DNA from: Negativicutes bacterium
GTDB taxonomy: Bacteria > Bacillota > Negativicutes > UBA1444
Assembly: GCA_963665275.2 (NCBI GenBank)
Contig: CAXXIN010000014.1
Location: 5,430-69,429, forward strand
Length of the DNA stretch: 64,000 bases
Reading direction: 5' to 3'
The position numbers and the translations under genes are program-made. Of this stretch, positions 1 to 11,521 are shown one piece after another. Under the pieces are notes generated by a model. It was not told the origin of the DNA, did no database searches, and saw only the letters and a program-made list of their open reading frames with translations. Numbering within the stretch: the first letter of the stretch is position 1; each line of letters begins with the position of its first letter.

Positions 1-1045
1 CTTCGCTGTTTCCAAGTTTCGATTTTGTTTGCCCTTCAAATTGAGGCTCCTCAATTTTCAAGCTAAGAACAGCGGTCAACCCTTCACGCGCATCATCCCC
101 ACTAAGGTTTTCATCTGCTTCCTTTAGCATATTTACTTTACGCGCATAGTCATTAATTGTTCGAGTCAAGGCAGATTTAAAACCACTGAGGTGCGTGCCA
201 CCTTCCTGGGTATTAATATTATTCACAAACGCGAACATATTTTCTATATAGCTATCATTATACTGGATTGCAACCTCTACGACGGTAGTATCTTTTATCC
301 CGTTAATATAAATAGGTTTTGGATGCAGTACATCCTTGTTTTTATTCAAGTGTTCAACGAACGAAATAATTCCTCCGTCATATTTATATACTTTACTTTC
401 CCCGCTACGTTCATCAGTTAATGTAATAGTCAGGCCTTTATTTAAAAATGCCAGTTCGCGCAATCTTTGCTTTAAGGTATCAAAACTAAAAATCGTTTCT
501 TCAAAAATTTCCGCATCTGGCTTGAACCATACACGCGTACCGGTTAATACGGTATCCCCTAAGACTTGCAAGGGACTTGATGTTTTTCCTCTTTCGAAAG
601 CTATCTGATATAGATGCCCTTCCCTCTGAACCTGAACGATCATTTTTTCACTTAAGGCATTAACGACTGAGACTCCAACGCCATGAAGTCCTCCCGAAAC
701 TTTGTATCCAGACCCACCGAATTTCCCTCCGGCATGAAGAATCGTCAAGACCACTTCAACAGCTGGTTTTCCTGTTTCATGCATTCCAACCGGTATTCCC
801 CGACCATTATCTGATACTGTAATAGAATTATCATGATGAATAGTGACAGAAACTGTATCACAATATCCAGCTAGTGCTTCATCAATGCTATTATCTACGA
901 CTTCATAAACTAAATGGTGCAAGCCACGGGCAGATGTACTGCCAATATACATGCCTGGTCGGCGCCTTACCGCTTCCAATCCTTCAAGAACCTGAATTTG
1001 TTCTGCTCCATAATTTCCATTAACTGTCGTATCGTTTTCATCCAT
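1..1045 (-). CDS. gyrB: DNA gyrase subunit B, N-terminal part (3' end off-window)
   Basis: Minus-strand frame open to the window edge, ATG at 1043-1045. My translation starts [36 protein letters not shown] and contains GHKL ATPase motifs (DNGRGIP, GGLHGVG). recF-gyrB synteny. Confidence 0.93.
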   Translation of the reverse strand, partial: MDENDTTVNGNYGAEQIQVLEGLEAVRRRPGMYIGSTSARGLHHLVYEVVDNSIDEALAGYCDTVSVTIHHDNSITVSDNGRGIPVGMHETGKPAVEVVLTILHAGGKFGGSGYKVSGGLHGVGVSVVNALSEKMIVQVQREGHLYQIAFERGKTSSPLQVLGDTVLTGTRVWFKPDAEIFEETIFSFDTLKQRLRELAFLNKGLTITLTDERSGESKVYKYDGGIISFVEHLNKNKDVLHPKPIYINGIKDTTVVEVAIQYNDSYIENMFAFVNNINTQEGGTHLSGFKSALTRTINDYARKVNMLKEADENLSGDDAREGLTAVLSLKIEEPQFEGQTKSKLGNSE

Positions 1046-1049
1046 CACG

Positions 1050-1325
1050 TTATTTCAATCCTTCCGAAAGCCCATAATTTTTACTTCGTCTGTAAAGGGT
1101 TTGAGGCGAAATTGGTGAAATAAAAACCCGATTATTAGTTAGCAACACCAGACTTTTTGCATTCTCACTCACCAAATCTGATATATCAATAACTTCCCCT
1201 TCCTTCTGAACTTGCTCAAGAAATTGTTGATTCATCTTATCTTTTTCTTTTTTCCCTTTACGACCAATAATTGCTATGATATCAACTGTTCTAATTAATA
1301 CATTAGTTCCAATATGAAGATACAT
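1050..1325 (-). CDS. remB: DUF370 / RemB-like small protein
   Basis: ORF 1050..1349; the internal start [21 protein letters not shown] matches the DUF370 pattern. It sits in the recF-gyrB spacer, as yaaB/remB does in Bacillus. Confidence 0.7.
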   Translation of the reverse strand: MYLHIGTNVLIRTVDIIAIIGRKGKKEKDKMNQQFLEQVQKEGEVIDISDLVSENAKSLVLLTNNRVFISPISPQTLYRRSKNYGLSEGLK

Positions 1326-1365
1326 AAAAAATCTCCTTCCCCCGAACATTATATTCTATACTATC

Positions 1366-1788
1366 TTAAATTTTTTTCTTTTGTCGAATATTCGTGAGTA
1401 CGATTTTATCCCATAAATAATTCCTTTTTTTCCTATAACAACTTTCTCTTGATACTGCCCCATCCTTCTGAATCTCTATATTTTCTTTGATTGAAGGAAA
1501 ATGTCCTATTTGATATTTTACATCTTCCACAATTTTTCGGGTGAACTTTTGATTAATTTTTACAATCAAACTTGCCCTCATCATAAATAACTCCTGATTC
1601 CACACAGAACTATCAACATTTATAAATAAAATATCTCTTTCGATTTTATAGGGTTTTGAATGTTTTCCTGCTTCTTCACCCACAAGTTCAATCCAGTTTC
1701 TTTCCAACCAAGCCTTTTTATATCCGTTCATATAAGACATTTTATCAATAATATTTTTAATCACGTCTTTAATTGCAACTGCCATCAA
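1366..1788 (-). CDS. DUF721 (DciA-like) domain protein
   Basis: 140-aa ORF overlapping the recF stop by 4 nt. WLERNWIELVGEEAGKHSKP is typical of DUF721 proteins found next to recF. Confidence 0.6.
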   Translation of the reverse strand: MMAVAIKDVIKNIIDKMSYMNGYKKAWLERNWIELVGEEAGKHSKPYKIERDILFINVDSSVWNQELFMMRASLIVKINQKFTRKIVEDVKYQIGHFPSIKENIEIQKDGAVSRESCYRKKRNYLWDKIVLTNIRQKKKI

Positions 1789-2903
1789 TCATCAAATCTC
1801 CCGGTTTCCTTACAAACTTCTCCAGAATTTACATAATAATAAATAGGATTTAAATCGCTTAATGCAGTAATTTGTTTTGTCCCAGTAATAAAAGTCTGCA
1901 CTTTTCCATTTATTTCTTCAATCAAATTTACTCGCCTTTTTTCATCCAGTTCGCTCATAACATCATCAAGAAGTAAAATAGGATATTCTCCTGTATGATG
2001 CAACATCAGCTCAATTTCAGCTAGCTTAAGCGATAACACGGATGTGCGCTGCTGCCCTTGAGAAGCAAATACTCTTTCCTCATGTGAATCAATAAAAAAG
2101 GACAAATCATCCTTATGGGGGCCAATTTCTGTCGCCCCACGACGAATATCCTTCTCCAAAGTCTCTTTTAAAGTCCTATCATACCAGCTTTTATAGTCAT
2201 ACTCTTTTTTTTCACCACTGCCAAAAACTAAATAATGGGCCGAAAACTCTTCCGCCCCGTTGGTGATTTTTTTATGTACTTGTCCGGCAATAGCCGATAA
2301 TTCACAAACCGTATATACACGTTCTTTCACCAGCTTCTCTGCCAGGATGCTTAAACTTTCATCCCAAAGCTCAATTGTATTTCGCCTAGCAATCCCTTCA
2401 TTAATTTGCTTGAGCAAATTATTTCTTTGATATAAAGCACGATTATATTGAATTAGAGTCCGATAGTAGGTCGGACTCGTCTGCGAAATCACAAAATCGA
2501 TAAATCTTCTCCTACCCGACGGACTTCCTTTAATTAACCACAAATCTTCTGGTGAGAAAAACACAGCATTTAATAAACCAATTATCTCTTTTTTTTTCAC
2601 CGGTTGCCCATTTAATATATTTTCCCGAGCACCTTCCCTCTTTAATTTTATCTTTAATATATGTTCAGCAATTTTATTTTGAAATCTTACCTGCAAGTTA
2701 CATTCATTAGCTTCCCAATGAATCACTTCTTCTTCATTTGACGCACGAAATGATTTACCCAAAACAGCAATAAAAATTGCTTCTAATAAGTTCGTCTTTC
2801 CTTGTGCATTACGCCCGCAAAAAACATGAACTCCCTGGTCAAAACAAATTGTTAAATCACGATAATTCCTAAAATTATTTAATTTTACTTGTTTTAGCTG
2901 CAT
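1785..2903 (-). CDS. recF: DNA replication and repair protein RecF
   Basis: 372 aa with Walker A GRNAQGKTNLLEA and the ABC signature region. dnaN-recF synteny. Confidence 0.95.
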   Translation of the reverse strand: MQLKQVKLNNFRNYRDLTICFDQGVHVFCGRNAQGKTNLLEAIFIAVLGKSFRASNEEEVIHWEANECNLQVRFQNKIAEHILKIKLKREGARENILNGQPVKKKEIIGLLNAVFFSPEDLWLIKGSPSGRRRFIDFVISQTSPTYYRTLIQYNRALYQRNNLLKQINEGIARRNTIELWDESLSILAEKLVKERVYTVCELSAIAGQVHKKITNGAEEFSAHYLVFGSGEKKEYDYKSWYDRTLKETLEKDIRRGATEIGPHKDDLSFFIDSHEERVFASQGQQRTSVLSLKLAEIELMLHHTGEYPILLLDDVMSELDEKRRVNLIEEINGKVQTFITGTKQITALSDLNPIYYYVNSGEVCKETGRFDD

Positions 2904-2907
2904 TCGT

Positions 2908-3135
2908 TTACTCTATTTCCTGTAAAATTTTATACTCCTGCCCGTCAATCATCAAGCAATCCCCTGGATATATTTTCTTTTTTCGTTCAGTTACAATTAT
3001 ACCATTAATTTGTACTTTTTCTGCAGCGATCAAAAAACGTGACTGTCCGCCTGTTTCTGACAATCCCATCCACTTTAATAACTGATCCAGCTGAATTACT
3101 TCTGTAGAAATATATACACTTTCGCCCTGTTTCAT
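2908..3135 (-). CDS. yaaA: S4-domain RNA-binding protein YaaA-like
   Basis: 75-aa ORF between dnaN and recF, the conserved Firmicutes position. Confidence 0.8.
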   Translation of the reverse strand: MKQGESVYISTEVIQLDQLLKWMGLSETGGQSRFLIAAEKVQINGIIVTERKKKIYPGDCLMIDGQEYKILQEIE

Positions 3136-3138
3136 TTT

Positions 3139-4248
3139 TTAATTTGTCCTAATCGGCGTAAGGATATATGTATACTCATTGTCATCCATTAATTTAATCA
3201 TTACAGGACTTAACGCAGATTTTAAATAAAATTTTACATTCCCATTCCCGGCAATTCGTAATACATCCAGCAAATATTTCGCATTAAAGGCAATCTCCAT
3301 CCGCTCTCCTTCAGGAATAACATCTATCATTTCAGTCGCGCTTCCTGCATCTGGGTTATTACCCGCTAATTCAATCGTATTTTCATTAAATTTTATACGA
3401 ATGATATTATATTCTCCATCTTTTGCTAACAAAGAAACGCGTTCCACCGCTTCAAATAAAGCATTAGCGGTGACCGTACAATATGAAGAAAAGTCAGTGG
3501 GAATAACTTTTTTATAGTCAGGAAACTGACCTTCAATAACCCTAGACATGACATAAATATTAGCGAACGAAAATGCAACCTGATTTTTTAACCAAAAAAT
3601 ACTTACATCGGTAGGCACATCAAAATTAATTATTTTTACGAGTTCATTCAAAAGCTTCCCAGGAATAATCATCTTCAGTGCACTTGTAGAACCTGATAAC
3701 ATTTTTCTTTTTAACGCCAATCTATGTGTATTTGTAGCGACCATTGTTATTTCGGTATCGGAGACTTCCGCCAACGCCCCGGTAAAAAGAGGTCTACTTT
3801 CATCTGTAGAGCAAGCAAATACAGTTTTTCGGATCAAATCCTTTAGTAGTTCATCGCTGATTGTAATTGAATTATTACTTTCAAACTTTTTTATTGTTGG
3901 AAATTCATCTGCAGGGAAGGACAAAATTTTAAACTCTGTTTTCTCCGAGGATACCGTAATCATACTACTTTGTGCAACAGAAAATATTTCAATACTTTTA
4001 CCGGATATTTTACGAATAATTTCAGGGAAAAACTTGCCAGATAAAACGGCCTTGCCCGGTTCAATAATTTCTGCAGGAATAGTCATACTTATTCCAACTT
4101 CGTAGTCTGTAGCTTGTAGTTCAAGTAACCCATCTGCTGCTGAAAGAAAAATCCCTGTTAAAATTGGCAATGTAGTTTTGGCTGCAGTTGCTTTTTGTAC
4201 AATTTGAACTGCTGTTAAGAGTTGATCTTTTTCACAACGGATCTTCAT
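3139..4248 (-). CDS. dnaN: DNA polymerase III beta sliding clamp
   Basis: 369 aa, MKIRCEKDQLLTAVQIVQKA..., directly downstream of dnaA. Confidence 0.95.
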   Translation of the reverse strand: MKIRCEKDQLLTAVQIVQKATAAKTTLPILTGIFLSAADGLLELQATDYEVGISMTIPAEIIEPGKAVLSGKFFPEIIRKISGKSIEIFSVAQSSMITVSSEKTEFKILSFPADEFPTIKKFESNNSITISDELLKDLIRKTVFACSTDESRPLFTGALAEVSDTEITMVATNTHRLALKRKMLSGSTSALKMIIPGKLLNELVKIINFDVPTDVSIFWLKNQVAFSFANIYVMSRVIEGQFPDYKKVIPTDFSSYCTVTANALFEAVERVSLLAKDGEYNIIRIKFNENTIELAGNNPDAGSATEMIDVIPEGERMEIAFNAKYLLDVLRIAGNGNVKFYLKSALSPVMIKLMDDNEYTYILTPIRTN

Positions 4249-4441
4249 ATTGCCCTCCTTCTAGAGATAGTAATAGTAGTAAGTCTTGTTGATATTGTGG
4301 ATAACTTTCTGAGCGCTAGCCTGTAGTGGGTTTATGGGATATGGTTATGGTGTGGATAAACTAGTAATAATTTTCACTAGCAATTAAAATTATTTAAGTT
4401 GCATAATGTTTAGTAGATTTATCTACAGGAAATAGAGTAGA
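4249..4441. other. oriC part 2 (dnaA-dnaN spacer) with DnaA boxes
   Basis: Perfect tgtggataa (reverse complement of TTATCCACA) at 4296-4304 and 4351-4359. One-mismatch ttatctaca at 4419-4427. AT-rich flank. Confidence 0.7.
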
Positions 4442-5845
4442 TTAGCCATTAATAATTTTTGAACTAAGTTCAGTAAGAAGAGACGCTATTCGATTATCTT
4501 CTTGTCTTTCTCGGTTAACTTTCTCATAGGCGTGGATTACGGTTGTATGGTCTCGACCTCCAAAAAACTCCCCTATTTTAGGAAGTGACCAGTCGGTAAG
4601 TTCTCTACAGAGATACATTGCAAGTTGCCGAGGGACGGTAACATTGCGGGTTCGTCTTTTTGATACAAGATCTTCAATTTTAATTCGAAAGTGTGCAACA
4701 ACGATTTCTTGAATACGTTGGGGGGTGACTTGATTAGTTTTATCTTTTGGAAATAAATCTTTTAATGATTCCATTGCTAATTCAATCGTAATAGGCCTTC
4801 GGTTTAGAAAGGAATAAGCATTGACACGATTGAAGGCTCCTTCAAGTTCACGAATATTATTGTCAATTCTAGTGGAGATATATACGATCACATCATTTGG
4901 CATTGTGATATTTTCAAGGAGCGCTTTTTTACGTAAGATAGCAATCCTCGTTTCTAGGTCAGGAGATTGGATATCTGTAGTGAGGCCCCATTCAAAGCGA
5001 GAACGAAGACGGTCCTCAAGTGTAGGGATATCTTTAGGGGGGCGGTCACTAGAAATGATTATTTGTTTATTTGCTTCGTGTAATGCATTAAATGTATGAA
5101 AAAATTCTTCCTGCGTTTGCTCTTTTTTTGCTAAAAACTGAATATCGTCGATCAAAAGGACGTCGATATTTCGATACCTGTTACGAAAACTTTCAGGATG
5201 ACCACTCATAATTGCATTGATAAAATCATTCGTGAATTTTTCACTTGAAATATAGAGTACTTTATTTTTTGGATGAATTTGTAAAATCCGGTGTCCTATT
5301 GCATGCATAAGGTGCGTTTTGCCTAGACCTACACCACCATAAATAAAAAATGGATTGTATACTTTGGCAGGCATTTCAGCCACTGCTAGAGATGCAGCGT
5401 GTGCGAATCGATTTGAGTTGCCGATAACAAAGGAATCAAAAGTATATTTTGGATTTAAGGGAGAAACATTTTCCTCTATTTTAGAGCGGGCGGGGGAGTA
5501 CATATTCGTGGCAGGGTTTTTTGGCAATTCAAAGGTTGGAATTTTTGGAACTGATGGGTTATTGATCGGATGATCTGAATTGGAGGGAAATGTGGATATT
5601 GAGATAATAACTGGTTGGTTTAAAATGCTTTCCATCGATTTTCGAATTAATGGCAGATAGCGTGTTTCAACCCATTCTTTTACGATTAATCGCGTTGTGC
5701 CAATTTCAAAAGTGCCATTTTCAAAAGAAAGAGGGGACAGAACTTTAATCCAGGTTTCAAAACTCGGGCGTATCAATTCTTTTTCCAATAAAGAAAGGGT
5801 TTCTTGCCATATTTGGATATAATCTTTCGAGGACAAATAATTCAA
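4442..5845 (-). CDS. dnaA: Chromosomal replication initiator DnaA
   Basis: 467 aa with AAA+ Walker A GGVGLGKTHLMHA and a C-terminal DNA-binding helix (HTTVIHA). TTG start; an alternative TTG lies 9 nt downstream. Confidence 0.95.
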   Translation of the reverse strand: MNYLSSKDYIQIWQETLSLLEKELIRPSFETWIKVLSPLSFENGTFEIGTTRLIVKEWVETRYLPLIRKSMESILNQPVIISISTFPSNSDHPINNPSVPKIPTFELPKNPATNMYSPARSKIEENVSPLNPKYTFDSFVIGNSNRFAHAASLAVAEMPAKVYNPFFIYGGVGLGKTHLMHAIGHRILQIHPKNKVLYISSEKFTNDFINAIMSGHPESFRNRYRNIDVLLIDDIQFLAKKEQTQEEFFHTFNALHEANKQIIISSDRPPKDIPTLEDRLRSRFEWGLTTDIQSPDLETRIAILRKKALLENITMPNDVIVYISTRIDNNIRELEGAFNRVNAYSFLNRRPITIELAMESLKDLFPKDKTNQVTPQRIQEIVVAHFRIKIEDLVSKRRTRNVTVPRQLAMYLCRELTDWSLPKIGEFFGGRDHTTVIHAYEKVNRERQEDNRIASLLTELSSKIING

Positions 5846-6010
5846 CCCTTTCTTTATAGATTATCCACAGGTTTATCAACAGATGTGTATAAGTGTAATA
5901 TGATCTAACGCAATAGCGTCTTGTTTTCGCTAAAATCAAATCCTGTGCCGCTTAATATCATAGCAAATGAGATCAAAGTTATCAACAGGGACTTACCTTT
6001 TGTGTTTTTG
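5846..6010. other. oriC part 1 (upstream of dnaA) with DnaA boxes
   Basis: Perfect ttatccaca at 5861-5869. One-mismatch ttatcaaca at 5873-5881 and 5979-5987. atatccaca at 6054-6062 lies just beyond this feature. Confidence 0.7.
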
Positions 6011-6039
6011 TTGACACTAGTCGAAGCGTGCACTATAAT
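6011..6039 (+). promoter_or_regulatory. Consensus sigmaA-type promoter for rpmH-rnpA
   Basis: ttgaca (6011-6016), 17-nt spacer, tataat (6034-6039), about 60 nt upstream of the rpmH ATG. Confidence 0.6.
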
Positions 6040-6097
6040 CTTTAATAGTCAGCATATCCACAGGAGTCTGTTCCTGAGTTCAAGGAGGTGTGGGAGA

Positions 6098-6234
6098 ATG
6101 AAACGGAACGTACCAACCGAATGTATTGTGGAAAAAAGAAAACACATGGTTTTCGTGAGCGAATGAAAACGATTGGTGGACGACTTGTCCTGAAGAAGCG
6201 ACGTGCAAAAGGAAGAAAAGTTTTGTCCGCATAA
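6098..6234 (+). pseudogene. rpmH: 50S ribosomal protein L34, three single-base indels (probably sequence errors)
   Basis: RBS aaggagg then ATG at 6098. Frame-hopping at about 6107, 6133-6138 and 6148-6150 gives [45 protein letters not shown]. The 137-nt length is not a multiple of 3. Confidence 0.8.
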
Positions 6235-6282
6235 TGGGCCGCTCACGATAGTGGCCTATTTTCCTTTTGTGGAGATGTGGAG

Positions 6283-6654
6283 ATGGGATTAAAATTTCTG
6301 AAGCAGATTCATTTGCGAAAGCGGTCGGTTTTTTCGCAAAGTGTATGAAGATGGCCGCTTTATTGCGAATCGTATGATGGCGGTTTCACTTCATGCCAAA
6401 CCCTGAGCAGGCCCGACGAATCGGATTTTCCGCAGGGAAAAGGCTTGGTAGTGCAGTTGTGAGAAACCGCTGTAAGCGTCGCCTTCGGGAATGCTATCGT
6501 CTTCATCAACTGGATGTACCGGCAGGAATGGATATTATTTTTGTTGCGCGCCGATCTATGGTTGGGGCTAAATGGACAGATATTGTTGCTGCATTTTTAG
6601 AAGCCTTGCGACGCAGTCGCGGAATGATCGAAAAGAACAGGTCGGGGTACATGA
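6283..6654 (+). pseudogene. rnpA: RNase P protein component, frameshifted
   Basis: Pieces in different frames: LRKRSVF / RKVYEDGRFIANRMMAVSLHAKP / EQARRIGFSAGKRLGSAVVRNRCKRRLRE. An extra t in the T-run at about 6322 and a shift near 6400. The natural stop is probably the tga overlapping the yidD ATG. Confidence 0.78.
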
Positions 6655-6858
6655 AACGTTTGATTGTTTGGATTATTATGTTCTATAGAAATGCCATTTC
6701 TCCTTGGAAAGCGCCTTGTTGCCGATTCGTGCCCGACATGCTCTGAATATGCGCTGTTGGCTATCGAAAAGTACGGTGTTTTAAAGGGCCTTTTGCTTAC
6801 GGGTAAAAGATTGCTTAAATGTCACCCTTTTCATGCAGGTGGATATGATCCTGTCTAA
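6651..6858 (+). pseudogene. yidD: Membrane protein insertion efficiency factor YidD, frameshifted
   Basis: [28 protein letters not shown] then, after a 1-nt shift at the C-run 6732-6734, [39 protein letters not shown]. Confidence 0.8.
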
Positions 6859-6894
6859 AGCGTAATCGGTATTTAGTTAAGGAGTGAAAAAAAC

Positions 6895-7550
6895 TTGTTT
6901 GATACGTTTGTTACCCATCCGATGCAACAGGCGCTCACGTTCTTCTACATGCTGACTCAAAGATGGGTTACCCAAGTTATGGAGTTGCCATCATTCTTTT
7001 GACAGTGGCGATCAAACTTGTTTTGTATCCCCTGACTGTCAAGCAGGTTAAGTCGATGAAGTCTGTGCAAGAGATTCAACCCAAAGTGAAGGCTCTGCAA
7101 GAGAAATATAAGGACAATAAAGAGAAACTGCAAAGTGAAATTGCAGCTTTATATAAAGCTCATAAAGTTAATCCGTTGGCAGGTTGCCTGCCTTTGGTCG
7201 TTCAGATGCCAATTTTGATGGGAATCTTTTTTGCCATTAAGGAGTACCATTATGAAGGACCGACGAAATTTCTGTGGCTGGATAATTTACAACAGGGAAC
7301 TTCAATCACTGATCCTAGTGATCCGTATTTCATCATTCCGCTGTTGTGCGCGCTGACGACTTTTGTTCAACAAAAGCAAACAACGACTGAGATGACTCAG
7401 CAAAACAAGACTGATGCTGATGTTTATGCCTGTTTTTATTGGCTACATTACGATTACATTTCCAGCGGACTCGGGGTATATTGGGTTGTCAGCAACCTGG
7501 TTCAAATTATACAGCAGTGGTTCATGTATCGTAAATCTACTGCGGCCTGA
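6895..7550 (+). pseudogene. yidC: Membrane insertase YidC/SpoIIIJ (short Firmicutes type), at least 3 frameshifts
   Basis: RBS aaggag then TTG at 6895. Fragments MGYPSYGVAIILLTVAIKLVLYPLT..., MLMFMPVFIGYITITFPA and GLGVYWVVSNLVQIIQQ lie in alternating frames, with shifts near 6955, 7405 and 7468. Confidence 0.8.
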
Positions 7551-7561
7551 GGAGGAGAACA

Positions 7562-8187
7562 ATGGATATGATCGAAAAAACTGGGAAAACCGTGGAAGAG
7601 GCGTTGGAAGCAGCGTTAACTGAGCTTGGTGTTGAGCGTGATCAGGTAGAATATAGGGTGGTTGAAGCCCCGTCTAAAGCCTTATTTGGAATATTAGGTG
7701 GGCGTGAAGCAAAAGTTGTTTGTAACTGTTAAAAAAGTTGATCCGGCTGAAAGCTGCGAGAAAGTTTTTGGAAAAAGTCACGCAAGCGATGGGATTGGTC
7801 GTTGGTATAGACGTTGCCTACGGGGAAGAAAATATTACTTTGAATCTCCGTGGCGATGACCTAGGGCTATTGATTGGGAAACATGGACAGACGCTTGATG
7901 CACTGCAATATCTTACCAATTTGGCCTCTCACCAAGAGGGTCGCGAGCGCCAGCGTATCGTTGTTGACATTGAGGATTATCGAAAACGTAGAGCTGATAC
8001 TTTAGAACAGCTAGCCTTACGACTAGCCGATAGGGTGAAGCGAAGCGGCGAGAGGGTCCTTTTGGAACCAATGACACCGCATGAACGCAAGATCATTCAC
8101 ATGAGTCTCCAAGATGATTCGCGTGTGGAAACATACAGTGAAGGGCAGGAACCCTTTCGCCGCGTAGTAATCGCCGTCAAAAAGTAG
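7562..8187 (+). pseudogene. jag: Jag/KhpB (KH + R3H RNA-binding protein), 2 frameshifts
   Basis: MDMIEKTGKTVEEALEAALTELGV...AKVV, then VTVKKVDPAE, then AARKFLEKVTQAMGL... Extra t near 7716 and extra a near 7753. R3H-type C-terminus. Confidence 0.8.
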
Positions 8188-8253
8188 TTGATTGTCCTGA
8201 CCCAGTACGAACATAAGCGGTGCTGGGTCTTTACATTTATGGAGGATACTTAG

Positions 8254-9638
8254 ATGGAAGCCGAAACCATTGCGGCAATTGCCACATCAGTGGGAGAAGC
8301 CAGTATCGGTATTGTCAGGGTTAGCGGTCCGGCATCTGTTAAGATAGCCAGGGCCGTTTTTCGCAATTCCCGGGGAGAACCATTATTGGAGTTCACTCCC
8401 CGAAAACTAACATACGGACGACTGGTTGACCCGGATACTGTTGAAAAAATTGATGAAGTACTGTGTGTTTATATGCCGGCACCCAATTCTTATACCTGCG
8501 AAGACGTATGCGAGTTTCAAACCCATGGGGGAGCTGCGGTAATTAGGAAGGTCTTGGCGGTTGTCTTGAAGAATGGAGCGCGACTGGCGTTGCCAGGGGA
8601 GTTCACGCAAAGGGCATTTTTGAATGGTAGGATTGATTTAAGCCAGGCGGAAGCCGTTATGGATATTATCCGGGCCAAAACCGACTCCGCGCTTAAGAAT
8701 GCCAGCAGTCAGCTATCTGGTGAGCTATCTATGCGTATTGCGCAGATTCGCAAGGAATTGCTTGCCTTTCTTGGCAGGGTTGAAGCTTCACTTGACTACC
8801 CCGATGAAGACATAGACATTTTAAATTCATTGGACTCAGAAGTGTTCTTGCAGGCGGCCGTTGCTTCAATTGATCGATTGTTAGCAACTGTTCATCGGGG
8901 CAGAATTTTGCAGGAAGGCCTACGTACCGTTATTGTCGGACGCCCTAATGTGGGGGAAATCTTCTCTTCTGAACGCGCTGCTTGGCGAAGAGCGAGCCTT
9001 GGTAGCGGAAATTCCGGGCACTACCCGTGACAGCATTGAAGAATCATCTAAATTTGCGGGGAATACCGCTCAAAATTGTGGATACAGCTGGATTACGCCA
9101 GAGTGAAGATAAGATCGAACAGCTGGGAATGCAACGGACACGCGCTTTTTTAGCCAGTGCAGGGTTGGTTCTCTTTTTGGTTGATGCCTCGCACCCGCTT
9201 ACGCCGGAAGATCTCGAGATTTTCAATAATCTGCCGTCTGCGCCTGTCATCATCGTTGTGAATAAGATGGATTTGCCGCAGTTGATAGATTCACCGGAGT
9301 GGTGCAAAATGGCTGAGACATATACCGTGGTAACTGTATCGGCAAAGGAGAAGACCGGGCTCGATGCGTTGGAACTGGCGATCGAGGACCTCATTTTTGG
9401 CGGTGTTGCCTGGATTTCCGAGGCATGTTGCATTGTTAATGTGCGGCATGTTGAAAGTCTGACTGGCGCAAGAGAGCAGATCTTGTCGTCAATTGCTGCA
9501 CTGAAGGGTTCGTTGCCTGTTGACTGCGCAGTGATCGATTTGCGAGCTGCGTTGGATTCTTTGGGCCAGATTACAGGTGAAACCGTGTCGGATGAAGTGG
9601 TCAGGGAAATATTTGCCAACTTTTGTCTGGGAAAGTAG
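8254..9638 (+). pseudogene. mnmE: tRNA modification GTPase MnmE, 2 frameshifts
   Basis: ORFs 8254..9030 and 9027..9638. Removing one g from the G-run 8952-8956 restores [36 protein letters not shown] second shift lies near 9043. The C-terminal FCLGK motif is present. Confidence 0.9.
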
Positions 9639-9649
9639 GATAAGGTGAA

Positions 9650-11520
9650 ATGATGTGTTCGGAAAGCTATGATATTATCGTTATCGGAGCGGGACATGCG
9701 GGTTGTGAGGCCGCATTGGCTGCTGCGCGGATGGGCTGTACCACGTTGATGGTCACTCTAAATCTCGACAATATCGCAATGATGCCTTGTAATCCATCAG
9801 TTGGGGGCCCGGCAAAAGGACATCTGGTGAGGGAAATTGATGCGTTGGGTGGAGAGATGGGCCGGGCTGCGGATCAGGCCAGCCTTCAGATGCGCATGTT
9901 GAATACGGCAAAAGGTCCGGCTGTTCATGCATTGCGGGCGCAGGCGGATAAAATTGAATATCAAAAGGCAATCAGGCGGGCGCTGGGGCAGGAATCTTTG
10001 CTGGATGTCAGGCAGTTGCTGGTGGAAGAGCTTATCATGGAAGGGAATTCTGTAAAGGGAATTCTGTCGGAGAATGGCGAACATATAGCCTGCAACGCAC
10101 TTATTCTGGCAACAGGAACTTATCTGCGGGGCCGGGTCATTATTGGCGATACGGCATTTGCCGGTGGACCTATCGGCCAGCGGGCCGCTGTTAATTTATC
10201 CGCATCCCTGGACAAGATTGGAATACGTCTGCGCCGTTTTAAGACCGGTACCCCGGCTCGCATTGACAGACGATCCGTTGACTTTACCCGAATGAAGATT
10301 CAGCCGGGTGATGAACAGACCCATAACTTTTCTTTTCTCAGCGAGATTGTCAAGCGGGAGCAAACTCCGTGCTGGCTAACCTATAGCAACGGCTGAAACC
10401 CACCGCACCATTCGTGAGAACCTGCATCGCGCACCGTTATATAGCGGCCAGATTGAAGGAACAGGTCCGCGGTATTGTCCCTCGATCGAAGTGAAAATCG
10501 TTAATTTCCCTGATAAAGATTCCCATCAGGTATTCATCGAGCCCGAAGGGGCCTCTACTCAGGAAATGTATGTTCAGGGGGATGTCGACCAGCCTGCCGG
10601 CTGACGTACAGGTTGCGATGCTGCATTCGATTCCTGGACTGGAAAATGCGCGGGTTATGCGCTATGGTTACGCAATAGAATATGATTGCATTGACCCGAC
10701 GCAACTCGATGTGCATTTGGCATTTAAGGATTATGTCGGTTTATTTGCGGCGGGGCAGGTAAATGGGTCCTCCGGCTACGAAGAGGCAGCAGCGCAAGGG
10801 CTGATTGCAGGCTTGAACGCGGCCCGTTTTGTCAAGGGGGAGACCCCGGTCAGTATTCTTCGGTCAGAGGGTTACATCGGCGTTTTGATTGACGACCTAG
10901 TAACGAAGGGTACGAATGAGCCTTACCGCATTATGACTTCGCGCGCCGAATACCGGTTGTTGTTGCGGCACGACAATGCGGATCTTCGCCTGACCCGTAA
11001 GGGCTATGACGCTGGTTTGGCAACGCAGGACCGGTGGGAACGAACTGATGCCAAGATCCGCTTGATCGATGTTACACTGGAACAACTGAAAAGCGTTATT
11101 GTCGCCCCCTCCGAAGAGATTCAAAAAATGCTCCGTGATAGCGGGTCTTCTGAGATGCGAACCGGTATTAGCGCCTATGACTTGTTGAAACGTCCTAATT
11201 TAGGGTATAGAAGCATTCAACCCTTGTTATCTTTGCCTGACCTTAGTCCCGAGATCGTATTTCAGATAGAAGTTATGATAAAATATGAGGGTTATATCAA
11301 GAAACAGATCGAACAGGTCAAGCGGGCTGCTTCACTGGAAGGCAAGGTTTTACCTGTAACCCTTGATTATTCGGAAGTAAAAGGCTTGTCCACAGAGGCG
11401 AAACAAAAATTGTCGGCAATACGCCCGGCGTCTATTGGCCAGGCGGCGCGGATTTCTGGCGTTTCACCGGCGGACATATCGTTATTGCTGATTTATTGCG
11501 AACAACAGCGACGGGGGTAG
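9650..11520 (+). pseudogene. mnmG: tRNA uridine 5-carboxymethylaminomethyl modification enzyme MnmG/GidA, 2 frameshifts
   Basis: [19 protein letters not shown] motif. The middle piece [33 protein letters not shown] is in a third frame. Shifts near 10390 and at the G-run 10577-10581. Confidence 0.9.
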
Positions 11521-11521
11521 T

